From: Candidatus Binatia bacterium
GTDB lineage: Bacteria > Desulfobacterota > Binatia > UBA9968 > CAXXLF01
Reading direction: 5' to 3'
Assembly: GCA_963664015.2 (NCBI GenBank)
Contig: CAXXLF010000002.1
Location: 1,568,001-1,632,000 of the forward strand
Length of the DNA stretch: 64,000 nucleotides
In this document: in pieces, positions 50,489 to 62,419 of the stretch
Position numbering within the stretch: position 1 is the stretch's first letter
Layout of the letters: every line of letters starts with the position of its first letter
The notes under the pieces: generated by a model
Database searches by the model: none
What the model was told of the DNA's origin: nothing
The model's input: the letters and a program-made list of their open reading frames with translations, nothing else
Made by a program: the position numbers and the translations under genes

Positions 50489-50660
50489 TTTGCCACTGGA
50501 TTCGGGTCTTCCACCCCAACGAAGCCCCCCGCGCCATATCACCACTTGAGGCCTACTGTGGAATTTAGAACAGGATGCTTTTGTTACAGCCAACGACGCT
50601 TGCCCCCTCTGATTAGAGCGACACGGCAGCATAACGACGAGACTTTCAATGTTTATTTTT

Positions 50661-52010
50661 TTATTTCGGGACCTGCCGGAAATAATCCTGGGACGCCTCC
50701 ATAACGCGTGGCGATAACAGCAACGCCGCCATCATCGTTGGCAGCGCCATGAAGGCAAAGCCGGTATCGAGCAAATTGACAACACTCTCGGTGGTACAGA
50801 GGGCACCCAGCACAATCATGGCACAATAAAAATAATTGTAGAAATGGCCGTGCCCCCAACCCACGAGATACGAGAAACACTTGCGACCATAATAGGAGTA
50901 TTCCACCATCGTGGAAACCGCAAAGAGGACCACAGACAATACGATCAGGAGCCGACCCAGGCCGCCCATGGCGGATTCGAAGGCCTGAGACGTTAGGTCG
51001 ACGCCCCGAACACCCAAGCCCTGCCAGTTGCCCTCCACCAGCACCACGAGCGAAGTCATTGTACAAATCACGATGGTGTCGATAAAGGGACCATTCATTG
51101 CCACGAGACCTTCACGCACGGGCGGGCGGGTTTTGGCCGCACCATGGGCGAGCGCAGCCGTCCCGATACCCGCCTCGTTGGAGAAGGCTGCCCGTTTGAC
51201 GCCTGTGGCTATGACTTTGGAAACGGCAATCCCCGTCGCCCCACCGGCGGCGGTTCCGCTTAAGGCATCATGAAAGATCATGGCGAACAGACCCGGGATC
51301 TCCTCCAGATGTGTTCCGAGTATATAAAGACAGGCGAGAATATAGACTCCGCACATCAGGGGCACGATGCGGCTCGTGACTCTTCCTATGCGTTGAATCC
51401 CACCCATAATCACGCCGCCAACGATCAGCATCCCGCCCACTCCGGTCCAGCCCCGGCTCAATCCGTAGGAACTCTCCAGAACCTCTGCCAATTGATTGGC
51501 CTGAAAAAGAGTCAGGCAACCCACCAGCCCGCAAACGGAAAACAAAAATTGCCAGGAGCCGAAAGAGCCGCCCCAGACCTGCCTCGATAAAATACATGGG
51601 CCCGCCTTGATCCACTCCGTACTCGTCCCTCAACCGGTACATACAGGCAAGGGTGCAGGTGAAGAACCTGGTGGCCATGCCCACCGTTGTAGAAACCCAC
51701 ATCCAGAACACGGCTCCCGGCCCCCCCCTGGGTGATGGCTACCGCTACGCCGGCAATATTACCCATCCCGACAGTTGAGGAAAGAGCCGTAGAGAGCGCC
51801 TGGAAATGCGCAATCTCACCGGGATCGTTTGGATCATCCCATTTACCGCACAAGATTTGCCAGGAATGACGAGCGTAACGAAACAGTGTAAAGCGGGAGT
51901 AAAGGGTAAGAAACAACCCGCCGCCAATCACGAGAACGATCAGTGGCCATCCCCATGCGTAGCCGACGGCTACGAACAAGAAACGATCAACAGTGGAAAG
52001 CCAGGTGTCA
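50661..52010 (-). pseudogene. Alanine/glycine:cation symporter (AGCS), frameshifted
   Basis: FQALSTALSSTVGMGNIAGVA, GGPMYFI, FSNEAGIG and FIDTIVICTMT spread over three frames. Confidence 0.85.
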
Positions 52011-52039
52011 AATTTTAACCAAAATTATTTGAAATGTTC

Positions 52040-52265
52040 CCGTGGAATTTCGGATTACCAATTGGGAAGAAGATGACTCGCGTAAATACGCAAAGGACGC
52101 CAAGTTTGGAGCAATCATGCTAACCGTAGATTTTCGCAGACGAAAATTGGTAAAGTGCATAGCGTTCGGATCTCTCTTTCAGCCCTTTATCGATCTTCAA
52201 TCCTCTATTTTCGATTCTCATCCCTCCCCACTCAACCCTCAGCGCTCGTTACTCAGTACTGAGTC
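52040..52265. repeat. Modular intergenic repeat block
   Basis: 52238-52260 is an inverted copy (21/23) of 5860-5882; 52045-52085 resembles 50152-50195. Confidence 0.6.
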
Positions 52266-52455
52266 CGGTAGGCGTCTTGGCGCGAAATTCTTTGTTAAAG
52301 TCGTTCTGTTGAACCTTCAATAGGTAAGAATAAGGTTATCCGCGTCCACGAGACACTATTAAGGTATTGTTGAATTGCATTTTGAACTGAATTAGGCTCT
52401 GTATGCAGGGATTCTCATTTTGTAATCCATAGGCGAAACGTACCTCAACGGCTTC

Positions 52456-55175
52456 ATGCGATTCAATATTCAAGCCATTTTGCTGCTTCTTGTGGTAGCC
52501 TGCACCCCGGCATGTCAAACTGTACGCTTAACCCAGGGACGTACCAATATTCCTTCGGGTCAGCTGGCCAAGACCGTCATCCCCACTCACTACGATCTGG
52601 CACTCACCGTCTTCCCGGATCAAGAGCGCTTTCAGGGCCGCGTTGCGATTGACGTTGAAATTCGGGAACCGACCACACTCATTTGGCTCCATGGCTATGG
52701 TTTGAATGTCACTACCGCCTCGCTGGCGCTGGCCAACGGACGAAAACTGGTTGGTGGTTATAAGCAGATCAATGACGACGGTGTCGCACAGGTGCAGCTC
52801 CCCGAGCGGGTCGAGCCCCAACACGCCCGTTTGTTGTTCGAATATGACGCACCTCTTATAACAACCGACCTGGAGGGGCTATACCGCGTTCAGCAAGGGA
52901 AGGACTGGTACGCTTTCACTCAATTCGAAGCCATCGCAGCCCGCCATTGCTTTGTCTCCTTCGATGAGCCGGCCTTCAAGGCGACCTTTGCAGTATCCTT
53001 AACGGTTCGGGCTGAGCACAGGGCCCTGGCCAATACGCCGCAGGTGGGAGAGGAGCGTCTCACGGGGAATACCAAGAGGGTGCAATTCCCCACTACAAAG
53101 AAAATCCCAACTTATCTGGTAGCGCTTGCGGTGGGCCCCCTCGACGTGGTGGAGGCTGAGCCTATACCCCTTAACTCCGTCAGGCAGGTTCCGGTGCCAC
53201 TGCGAGGAATTGCGGCTCGCGGCCAGGGCACCCGCCTGGCATACGCACTTAAGCACACCGGTCGCCTGCTGAAGATTCTAGAGGAATACGTCGGCATTGC
53301 CTATCCTTTTCAAAAGCTTGACATTGTCGCCGTGCCGAAATTCGGCGGCGGAGCCATGGGAAACGTGGGTCTCATCACGTTCAGAGATCGAATACTCATG
53401 GTCGACGAGGTGACGGCTTCGGTCAATCAGAAGCAACCCTTCGCCTACTATATGGCTCATGAACTTGCCCACCAGTGGTTCGGTAATCCGGTCACCATGC
53501 CATGGTGGGACGATCTTTGGCTCAACGAAGCTTTCGCAACGTGGTTGGAATATCGAGTCGTTGAAGCCTTCGACCCGAGCACCAAGGCTAGGGTGGGTCA
53601 ACTGAAAGACATCCTCGAGACGATGGATGAGGACAGCTTGCTTTCTACACGCGAGATCCGCCAGCCGATTGTCACCGCCCACGACATCGACAACGCTTTC
53701 GATGGAATCACGTATAGCAAAGGTGGTGGCGTCATCTCGATGTTCGAGCGTTTCCTTGGCGCGGAGCAGTTTCAAAAAGGGGTCCGCCATTACTTGAATA
53801 AGTTTAGCTATCAAGTGGCCGACACAGAACAGTTTCTCGCGGCCCTATCCTCTGGATCGGGAAAGGATATCAGCGACTCCTTTCGGACATTTTTAGTTCA
53901 ACCGGGTGTCCCCCTCGTGGAGTTTCAACCAAGTTGTAACAACGGCACCGCTAGCGTGTTGCTGCGCCAATCACGCTATATCCCCTTCGGATCCAATGCC
54001 CCGTCGGATCGAATTTGGCAAGTACTGTCTGCCTCCGCTATGGGATAGGGGGTGAGGCCTTCGAGACCGGCGAACTCATCGGAGCACAAGAGACTGTCAT
54101 GCAGGTATCTACTAGCGGTTGCCCCGACTGGGTCCTGCCAAACGCCGACGGCGCTGGATACTATCGCTGGACCCTGCCCGCAGAAGAGCTACGCCGTTTG
54201 AACGCCACTGCAAAGGATTCCCTATCAACTCGCGAGCTCTTGTCGGTGGGAGACAGCCTCTGGGCAGACTTTACAAAGGGCACGGTTTCAGCGGCTACGG
54301 CTTTAGAGCTGGCACCCTGGGTTGCCCAACACCCCGAGCGGGAGGTGGCGACAGTACCGATGGAGCTCGTCCGGTTTACGCGCAACCGCTTGGTCCGTAA
54401 GGGCCAACGGCGCAGCGTCGAGAGGTTCGCGAATGAACTGTACGATGACGCGTTGAAACGGTTAGGGGTAACTCCGAAAGCCGGCGAACCCAACCAGTCC
54501 CGCTTGTTCCGGAGGGATCTGCTGGCGTTCCTTGCACGCGTCGGCCGACACCCTGAGGTGCGTCGAGCACTGGCGCGGTCGGGGTGCGCCTATATCGGTT
54601 ACAAAACAGACGGATTGATTCACCCGGAGGCAGTCGATGCAGATCTGGTCCCTTTGGCCCTCGGTGTTGCAGTCCAAGAAGGTGATGCCGAATTTCTTGA
54701 TGCTATGGTCAAGCATCTTAAAGACAGCGAGACCGATTCCGTGGTTCGCAGGCATCTACGCGCCGGCCTGGTACAGGCGACTGAACCAGAGCTCGCCGAG
54801 CGAGTACGAAACCTGATCTTGAGCGGTAGCGGCCGTACCCATCAAAAGGTTCGGTTGCTACGGCGTCATTTACGGTTGAGCGAAAATCATGCATCGGGAC
54901 TCCAGTGGTTGCGTGAGAATCTGGAGAAGCTCCTGACCAAGATTCCATCGGACCACGGGGGCTCTTTGGTTTGGGTCACGGCCTCTTTTTGTAGTTCAGA
55001 CGAGGCGGTTTTGGTTCAACAGCTGTTTGGACCCAGTATTAACACGCGGCCAGGCGGGCCCCGCGACCTGGCTGCCACATTGGAAACCATCAACCAGTGC
55101 GCGGCGCTGCGGCGGGCGCAGCAGGCGAGCGCCCGAGCCTTTTTTAATCAACGGCCTACGGCCCAGTTCAAATAG
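52456..55175 (+). pseudogene. pepN: M1 family aminopeptidase N with ERAP1-like C-terminal domain, frameshifted
   Basis: TQFE, FDEP, HELAHQWFG...WLNE and YSKG; GAMEN reads GAMGN; a 1-nt deletion near 54025 splits the gene (a sequencing error cannot be excluded). Confidence 0.8.
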
Positions 55176-55216
55176 TGAGTTAGCCGTCGCCAAAACTTAT
55201 AATTCGGAGGAGCACT

Positions 55217-55863
55217 ATGGAGAGCCAACAGTTCGTACACGAGCTTCTGGATACGGTGAACGGATTCTGCCGATCACTGGATACTCGACCTCCTGCATAC
55301 AGCTATATTCCCCTGAAAACGGACGAAGAGCGGGTTCGAGTCATGAAGAGTCGTTTATTCAACGAGCTCCGAGCATCGGACCTCTACGGGACCTGGCTCA
55401 AGACAACACGTGAGTTTGAAGTCAAGGCCTTGATGGCAAAGTCGGCCCACGAGGAAACGGTCCATGCGGATCTCCTGGCCGCTCGGATTCCCAAACTCGG
55501 GCATGACCCTTCGATTACCGCCCGCTTCCCGCACAGACGGCGATGTTCAACGCCCTGGAGGGGCTCATGGATACCTGCCAGCGTATTGCGAGGTTTTCCC
55601 TGGCAGGGGAAGCCGTTGCGACCTACCTGACTCAAATGAGTCTTCAGGAGGCGTCGGCACCCGAATGGATCAAGCAGCCCTATAGGCGGATTACCGACGA
55701 TGAGGAGAGTCACGGGAGTGTTCCCCAGGATATTCTAAAACATTATGCGACGGCGTCGGAATCGCAGAATGCGGCGCGCCGGGCGGTGGCTATGCGTCTC
55801 GTCCTCTTTCGTGAGTATCTCTCAAGCCTCGACCGGTGGGCAACGGGGAAATCCCCATGGTAG
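55217..55863 (+). pseudogene. Ferritin-like four-helix protein, frameshifted
   Basis: NELRA, HEETVH, GE and DEESH di-iron-type motifs; apparent 1-nt deletion near 55510. Confidence 0.7.
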
Positions 55864-55992
55864 ATTGGTAAAGTCACCCGCTAGCCAGAAACCACTGACG
55901 TAAACCAGTAGTGGCCTCATTGTTATCAAACGAGCCTGCCACACGTGAAGAGGGTGCTCCCTCCTTATTTCCGGTCACCGTCTAGTTCAGAG

Positions 55993-58900
55993 TTAAGAGG
56001 TGGCGCTGACTTCTTGGAAGGGCTCTTCCATGAGGCGGTTGATGTTCGCGATCGAGACGCGGCCGATTTCCGAGGTAGGCTCGACCTTCCAGAAATGAGG
56101 GCGGTACTGATGCCACTGCCTCAGGATCTCCTGAGCCCAGGGGCTCCGGGTAAATTCCCAGTGGGTGAGAATGAGGTTGCGAAGTAACTCGGTGTCCTCG
56201 GCCTCCTCCAAATGGACCATGCCTATGAACTGGGGATTGTACTTCAACTCGAAGTCACCGGCCATATCGAGGACATAGGCCAACCCCCCGGTCATGCCGG
56301 CTCCGAAGTTACGCCCGGTTGACCCCAACACGACGGTAACACCACCGGTCATGTACTCGCATCCATGGTCCCCAACTCCTTCGATGACTGAGATGGCCCC
56401 GCTGTTACGCACGCAGAAGCGCTCGCCGGCCCGGCCGGCAGCGTAGAGAAACCCGCCGGTTGCCCCGTACAGGACCGTATTACCGACGATGGCGTTTTCG
56501 TGGGTTTTGTAAGTTGCACCCCGGCCCGGTCGGATGATGATCTCTCCTCCTGAAAGCCCCTTCCCTACATAATCGTTAGCCTCACCGTTGAGAATCAGGC
56601 GGACTCCGCGTATAGAGAAAGCCCCGAAACTTTGGCCTGCGGTGCCCTCAAAGTGGCACTGGATGGTGGCAGGCGGGAGTCCCGTATCGCCGTAACGACG
56701 GGCTATGGCCCCTCCGAGGCCTGTCCCTACCGCACGATTGATGTTACGGATCTGGTAAAAAAGTTCTACTGAACCATCTCCGTCCAAAGCCTTCTTTGCA
56801 TCCGTAATGATTCTATCGTCCAGTGGATGATCTTTTCGATCATTGCGCGCCCAGGTATGAAACCGGGGACGCTTCCAGGTTGGATCAATGGGTGTAAGGA
56901 TACAGCTCAAATCCACCATACGGGCCTTGGATGGATCTTCCACAATTTTTGGTTCCAAAAGATCCACACGCCCGACAATCTCTTCTATCTTCATAAAGCC
57001 TAGCTCGGCAAGTATGGTCCGCACATCTTCGGCCAGCAGGGTAAAAAAGTTCACGACCATATCCGGGGTTCCCGTGTACTTGGCCCTGAGCTCAGGCTTT
57101 TGTGTAGCGATTCCTACGGGACAGGTGTTGAGGTGACACTGCCGGGCCATTACGCAGCCTATGGAGACCATGGCTGCGGTGCCGAAGCCGTACTCCTCGG
57201 CGCCGAGGATTGCTGCTATGACCACGTCCCGGGCCGTGCGCAATCCGCCGTCGGTTCGTAGGACCACTCGCTCGCGCAGATCGTTCAGGACCAGGACTTG
57301 CTGCGTCTCTGCCAAACCCAGTTCCCAGGGTATCCCAGCGTTTTTTACCGACCCGATTGGCGACGCCCCCGTACCCCCGTCGTGTCCTGAGATCTGAACC
57401 ACGTCGGCGTAGGCCTTGGCCACGCCGGCAGCAATGGTCCCCACTCCGGCCTCAGCCACTAGTTTCACGGCCACCTTGGCTCGAGGGTTGGACTGTTTCA
57501 GGTCGTAGATGAGCTGTGCCAGGTCTTCGATACTGTAAATGTCATGATGTGGCGGCGGCGAGATCAGCGTAACCCCTGGAACCGAGTGACGGATCGTAGC
57601 AATCTCAACCGAGACCTTGTGTCCTGGCAGCTGCCCCCCCTCACCGGGCTTTGAGCCCTGTGCCATCTTGATCTCCAGCTCGCGGGCGTTGGCCAGATAC
57701 TCGGGCGTCACCCCAAAACGGGCCGATGCCACTTGCTTAAGGGCGCTGTTGCCCCAATCCCCGTTGGGCTTACGGTGATAGCGCGAAGGATCTTCACCTC
57801 CTTCGCCGCTACCGCTCTTTGCACCCAGACGGTTCATACCGATGGCGAGGGTCTCGTGGGCCTCGGGGCCCAGGGCGCCGTAGGACATGGAACCCGTCGT
57901 AAAGCGCCGCACAATATCTCTAACCGGTTCGACCTTTTCCAACGGAACGGGGGTACCGGATTTGAATTGCAAAAGGTCCCGGATAGCCGTTGGCGGGCGC
58001 TCATTCACGGCCTTGGCATAGGTCTCGTAGTCCTTGGCGGCGCCGCTGTTGACCATCTTATGCAGTGACTTGAACACATCCGGGTTGAAGGCATGATACT
58101 CGCCGGTCTTACGGAAACGGTAAATTCCCTCTTGCTGAAGCTTGGGTTGGTCCGTACCAAAGGCGGCCGCGTGAAAACACAAAATTTCTTGGCCGATTTC
58201 ATCCAGTCCGGCGCCCTCGATCCGCGAAGGGGTACCATTAAAATGGCGATTGATGAGATCCTGGTTAAGCCCAATAGCCTCAAAAACCTGTGATCCCCGA
58301 TAGCTCGCCAGGGTGGAAATGCCCATCTTGGCCATGATCTTCAGGATGCCGTGCTCGATGGCCTTCTGGAAATTCGCCAAGGCCGTGGCTTGATCGAGTC
58401 CATTCAACTCGATTTTCTTGTAGCCGTTTTTCATCAGGTGAGTGATCGTTTCAAAGGTCACGTATGGATGGATCATGCTCGCGCCGTAACCTAGAAGACA
58501 GGCGAAGTGGTGTTCTTCCCTGGCCTCACCGGTCTCGGCCACCAGGCTCGCCTTCATTCTCTTTCCTTGCCGGATCAGATGATGGTGCACCGCACTAACG
58601 GCCAGGAGCATTGGAATCGGGGCGTAGGTGGGGCTGATGCCGCGATCGCTGAGGATCAGGATGGTCTTTCCCTCATCTACCGATCGGGCTGCCTCCTGGC
58701 ATAGATGTTCCAACGCCACATCTAGTCCCTTGGAGCCGCCCGCCGCGGGGAATAACGCCGGTAAAACCACTGATACGAATTCGGATCGGGCGGAGCCGCC
58801 GTTGGAGAGGCTTCCCGGCAGACCCTTGAGCCATTCGATCTCCTCCTGGCTGAGGACCGGACTCGAGAACTTGATCTCCCTTGCATGTTCCGGGGTCTCT

Positions 58901-60555
58901 TCCAGAAGGCTGCGCCGGCGACCCAGAGCCGTCGCAAATGACATGACCAGCTCTTCCCGCAGGGAATCGATGGGCGGATTGGTCACCTGGGCAAATAGCT
59001 GTTTGAAATAGCTGTAGAGAAGTCGTGGCCTCTTCGACAGAATAGACAGAGGGGTATCGTCGCCCATTGAACCCACCGGTTCTTTACCTTCGGTGATCAT
59101 GGGCGCAATGATCACCTCCAACTCTTCTTCCGAATAGCCGAAGGCCCGTTGATGCCGAACCAGATCCACGGGTTCCAAGGTCGCGTGGTACTCTTTGTTG
59201 CTGAGTCCAAGGGAATCCACTCGAAATAGGTTTTCCTTCAGCCACTGGCCATAGGGCCGCTGCCGCGCGATTCTTTCTTTCGCTTCGGTGTTTCTCAGGA
59301 GTTCACCACGGGCAGTATCCACTGCGATCATCTGACCCGGGCCGAGCCTGCCTTTTTCAACCACCTCCGAATCAGGAGTGTCCAGAACACCGACTTCCGA
59401 AGCCATAATAATCAAGCCGCCCTTGGTAATCTTGTAACGCGCCGGTCTCAAGCCGTTGCGGTCCAGGACAGCGCCTACGGTGATTCCATCGGAAAAGGCA
59501 ACTGCCGCGGGTCCATCCCAGGGCTCAGTGATGCAGGCGAGGTACTCGTAAGCGTTGCGTAGATCAGGGTCCATATTCGGCATTCGGGCAAAGGCCTCGG
59601 GAATGAGCATCATGGTGGACTGCAAGACGCTCCGCCCGGATTGAGTAAGCAACTCCATGGCATTGTCCAGGCTCGTGGAATCACTGCCGTCTCCGGTAAT
59701 GATGGGCTGTAAGTGTTCAAGCTCTTCACCCCAAATCGACGAACTCATCTCGGCCTCTCGGGCACGCATCCAGTTCCGGTTACCCCGAATGGTGTTGATC
59801 TCTCCATTGTGCCCCAGCATGCGCATGGGCTGGGCTAACGGCCAGGTGGGGAACGTATTGGTACTGTAGCGCTGATGAAAGACGCTCAGGGCGGTCTCAT
59901 AATCAGGGTTTTTCAGATCGAGGTAAAACCGCTCCAGTTGGGGAGCCACGACCAGAGCCTTGTATACCAGGGTACGGTGAGAGAATGAGGAAATATAAAG
60001 GTCCGAAATCCCCTGGCTGTTTGCATTCTTTTCAACGATCTTTCGCGTGAGGTAGAGCGCTCTTTCGAAGCTGTCGGCATCGAGGCCCTTGGGCTTGCCG
60101 ATGAGGACCTGCTCGATCTCGGGGCGGGTATCCTTGGCCTTATCCCCCAGAGCTTCCATGTTTAGTGGGACCTGTCGCCAGCCAAGAAAGACAAGCCCTT
60201 GCCTTTGGATGGACTCTTCTATGATCTTGCGCGAAAGCTTCTGGGCCTCCAGGTCCTTTCGTGGTAAAAAGATCATCCCCACGCCGAGATCGTCGGGCGT
60301 ATCGAGATGAGCCCCCAGCCGTTCAACCTCCCGGGCCAGGAGTCGAACAGGAATCTGGGTAAGTACGCCCGCGCCATCCCCGGTTTTCGCATCCGCATCC
60401 ACGGCGCCGCGATGGGTCAGATTGATGACCGAATACAGAGCCTGGACGAGAATCTCATGGCTCTTGTTACCGCCGATATCGGCTATAAATCCAACACCAC
60501 AGGCATCGTGCTCGAACTCGGACCGGTACAGGGAATCTTTAATCGTGGGAAACAT
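55993..60555 (-). CDS. gltB: Glutamate synthase large subunit
   Basis: ACGVGF, HQRYSTNT, EPWDGPA, QGSKPGEGGQLPG, CVMARQCHLNTC and GERFCVRNSG motifs. Confidence 0.97.
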   Translation of the reverse strand: MFPTIKDSLYRSEFEHDACGVGFIADIGGNKSHEILVQALYSVINLTHRGAVDADAKTGDGAGVLTQIPVRLLAREVERLGAHLDTPDDLGVGMIFLPRKDLEAQKLSRKIIEESIQRQGLVFLGWRQVPLNMEALGDKAKDTRPEIEQVLIGKPKGLDADSFERALYLTRKIVEKNANSQGISDLYISSFSHRTLVYKALVVAPQLERFYLDLKNPDYETALSVFHQRYSTNTFPTWPLAQPMRMLGHNGEINTIRGNRNWMRAREAEMSSSIWGEELEHLQPIITGDGSDSTSLDNAMELLTQSGRSVLQSTMMLIPEAFARMPNMDPDLRNAYEYLACITEPWDGPAAVAFSDGITVGAVLDRNGLRPARYKITKGGLIIMASEVGVLDTPDSEVVEKGRLGPGQMIAVDTARGELLRNTEAKERIARQRPYGQWLKENLFRVDSLGLSNKEYHATLEPVDLVRHQRAFGYSEEELEVIIAPMITEGKEPVGSMGDDTPLSILSKRPRLLYSYFKQLFAQVTNPPIDSLREELVMSFATALGRRRSLLEETPEHAREIKFSSPVLSQEEIEWLKGLPGSLSNGGSARSEFVSVVLPALFPAAGGSKGLDVALEHLCQEAARSVDEGKTILILSDRGISPTYAPIPMLLAVSAVHHHLIRQGKRMKASLVAETGEAREEHHFACLLGYGASMIHPYVTFETITHLMKNGYKKIELNGLDQATALANFQKAIEHGILKIMAKMGISTLASYRGSQVFEAIGLNQDLINRHFNGTPSRIEGAGLDEIGQEILCFHAAAFGTDQPKLQQEGIYRFRKTGEYHAFNPDVFKSLHKMVNSGAAKDYETYAKAVNERPPTAIRDLLQFKSGTPVPLEKVEPVRDIVRRFTTGSMSYGALGPEAHETLAIGMNRLGAKSGSGEGGEDPSRYHRKPNGDWGNSALKQVASARFGVTPEYLANARELEIKMAQGSKPGEGGQLPGHKVSVEIATIRHSVPGVTLISPPPHHDIYSIEDLAQLIYDLKQSNPRAKVAVKLVAEAGVGTIAAGVAKAYADVVQISGHDGGTGASPIGSVKNAGIPWELGLAETQQVLVLNDLRERVVLRTDGGLRTARDVVIAAILGAEEYGFGTAAMVSIGCVMARQCHLNTCPVGIATQKPELRAKYTGTPDMVVNFFTLLAEDVRTILAELGFMKIEEIVGRVDLLEPKIVEDPSKARMVDLSCILTPIDPTWKRPRFHTWARNDRKDHPLDDRIITDAKKALDGDGSVELFYQIRNINRAVGTGLGGAIARRYGDTGLPPATIQCHFEGTAGQSFGAFSIRGVRLILNGEANDYVGKGLSGGEIIIRPGRGATYKTHENAIVGNTVLYGATGGFLYAAGRAGERFCVRNSGAISVIEGVGDHGCEYMTGGVTVVLGSTGRNFGAGMTGGLAYVLDMAGDFELKYNPQFIGMVHLEEAEDTELLRNLILTHWEFTRSPWAQEILRQWHQYRPHFWKVEPTSEIGRVSIANINRLMEEPFQEVSATS

Positions 60556-60561
60556 GACTTT

Positions 60562-61101
60562 TTATTTTGCTCGGGAAGTCTCTGTGACCCTCTTTCTCTC
60601 TTGAATGTTTTCGCCCCTCTTGGCTTCACACGCCAGATCAGGATCCATTTCGTGGTCGACCTCCAGGATTTGAGTTTCTTTAGGAGTGGACAGGACCACT
60701 TGGGTGACCGTTTGCGTTACGCCCTCCATGGAATGAATCTCTCCAAGTAACTTTTCCAAAGAGGCCGTGTTGGCGGTTTTTACTTTTAGGATAAAACTCT
60801 TATCTCCAGTCACATGATGACATTCAAGCACGTCGCTTTCTTGCACCATACGAGATGCGAAGTCCGCAATATCCTTCTGATGGGCAACTGTAACTCCGAC
60901 AAAAGCGACAATATCCTTACCCACGGCCTTGGCATCAACAAGGGCGTGGTATCCCTTGATAATGCCACGGGACTCAAGCTTTTTGACCCGTTCCATCACG
61001 GCGGGAGATGAAAGATCCACTTCCTTCGCTATCTCTGCCAGATGACGTCGTCCATGACGTTGCAGGATAAATATAATTTTTGTGTCAATGCTGTCCAACA
61101 T
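60562..61101 (-). CDS. Lrp/AsnC family transcriptional regulator
   Basis: LDSID..I...LQ..GR, LS.PAV.ERVKKLE..GIIKGY and ECHHVTG. Confidence 0.92.
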   Translation of the reverse strand: MLDSIDTKIIFILQRHGRRHLAEIAKEVDLSSPAVMERVKKLESRGIIKGYHALVDAKAVGKDIVAFVGVTVAHQKDIADFASRMVQESDVLECHHVTGDKSFILKVKTANTASLEKLLGEIHSMEGVTQTVTQVVLSTPKETQILEVDHEMDPDLACEAKRGENIQERKRVTETSRAK

Positions 61102-61352
61102 AGTTATCTTATTTAAGCCGTTTAAGGTTTTTTCTTAGTTTGTATGTCACATTTTCAGAGCTGTCAAGCGATTTGCTCGTCAAACTTGAACATTGCCTAA
61201 GAATATTAGGTGATGTAAATCTGTAACAGGTCAATAGATGTTAAGCAGGTTTACTAAGCAATTTTGGGGAGCTTCTTTAGCAGGCTAGGCCCTCAGTATA
61301 CAACTAGGGAAGAGCCCAACCGGATGAGGACACTCCGCAGGAGGCACTGCAA

Positions 61353-62309
61353 CTAGTTATTATTATTGGATTTTAATGGCACGGGCAGCAAAGCACCGTT
61401 CTTCGCAGTACGGAGCAGCTCCCTCATGGCGCGAAGATCCACCGCTAACTCCAAATCTCGGACCTGCTCGATAAGTTCTGCCAACAGGACCCAGTCCTCC
61501 GTGCTCTGCTGACGGTAGATCTGAAAGTAGGCTTTTCCATTCTTCAACCCGACCTTGGTACGCTGGTAAATGACCTCTACGGGTGTCTTGGAAGGTACCT
61601 GGGGATATAGATACGCGATGTCTTCCGGATACAGCCGGATACAGCCGTGGGTGACATGGCGTCCTACGGCCCAGGGATTGTTTGTTCCATGGATGCCGTA
61701 GGTCGTTGTCGATAGACGCATCCAGTAGCTGCCTAGTGGATTATCCGGGCCCGGCGGAATGACCTTCCGTGGTTCATCCATCTCTCTCTGGATTGCGGCG
61801 GGTACATACCATACGGGGTTTTTCCGCTTTTCGCCGATCCAAAACTTTCCCGCAGGGGTATCCCATCCCTCCATACCGACACCGAGCGGAAAGGTCATCA
61901 CCTGGGAATCGGGTAGGTAATAGTAGAGCCTCATTTCGGGAATGTTCAGGACAAACCCTTGAGAGCGCTGCCTGGGAAGAATCCACATGGACGGTATATC
62001 GATCTCTACACCGACCGCCGGCACCCAGGGATCGACCCCTGGATTGGCCTGTATCAATTCTTGATAACCGAGGTGATGGAAACGAGCGATATCCAGAAGG
62101 GTTTCACCTCCCTGGACTTTGTGCCTCACGGCCTCTCCGATGATGGTCTCATTCTGACCGGCATCTTCCTTATCGCCTGAAATGCCATATGGATATACCT
62201 TTGTATTGGGTTGCCATATCTCTGGTTTCTCTTGTAGCGCTTCGGTGCGGGACGTACCGAACGCCAAAAAGAAAAAGAGGACGACAACTGTTTTTCCTAT
62301 CCAATGCAT
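61353..62309 (-). CDS. L,D-transpeptidase with LysM domain (ErfK/YbiS/YcfS/YnhG family)
   Basis: ANPGVDPW, NIPEMRLY, PGPDNPLG and IHGTN...HGCIRL. Confidence 0.92.
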   Translation of the reverse strand: MHWIGKTVVVLFFFLAFGTSRTEALQEKPEIWQPNTKVYPYGISGDKEDAGQNETIIGEAVRHKVQGGETLLDIARFHHLGYQELIQANPGVDPWVPAVGVEIDIPSMWILPRQRSQGFVLNIPEMRLYYYLPDSQVMTFPLGVGMEGWDTPAGKFWIGEKRKNPVWYVPAAIQREMDEPRKVIPPGPDNPLGSYWMRLSTTTYGIHGTNNPWAVGRHVTHGCIRLYPEDIAYLYPQVPSKTPVEVIYQRTKVGLKNGKAYFQIYRQQSTEDWVLLAELIEQVRDLELAVDLRAMRELLRTAKNGALLPVPLKSNNNN

Positions 62310-62419
62310 CAACAAGCCTTTCCTTCTATATAGAACCTCTTCGGCCCAAGTCAAGTGGTTGATTTTTACTCAGGTGGGTTATAGGATTCGAACCCTAGGC
62401 GAGAGAGGGAAATGAACCG

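Noticed and set aside
62370-62400. GGTTCGAATCC on the minus strand resembling a tRNA T-loop
   Set aside because: The T-stem pairs poorly and no acceptor, D or anticodon arms can be built.
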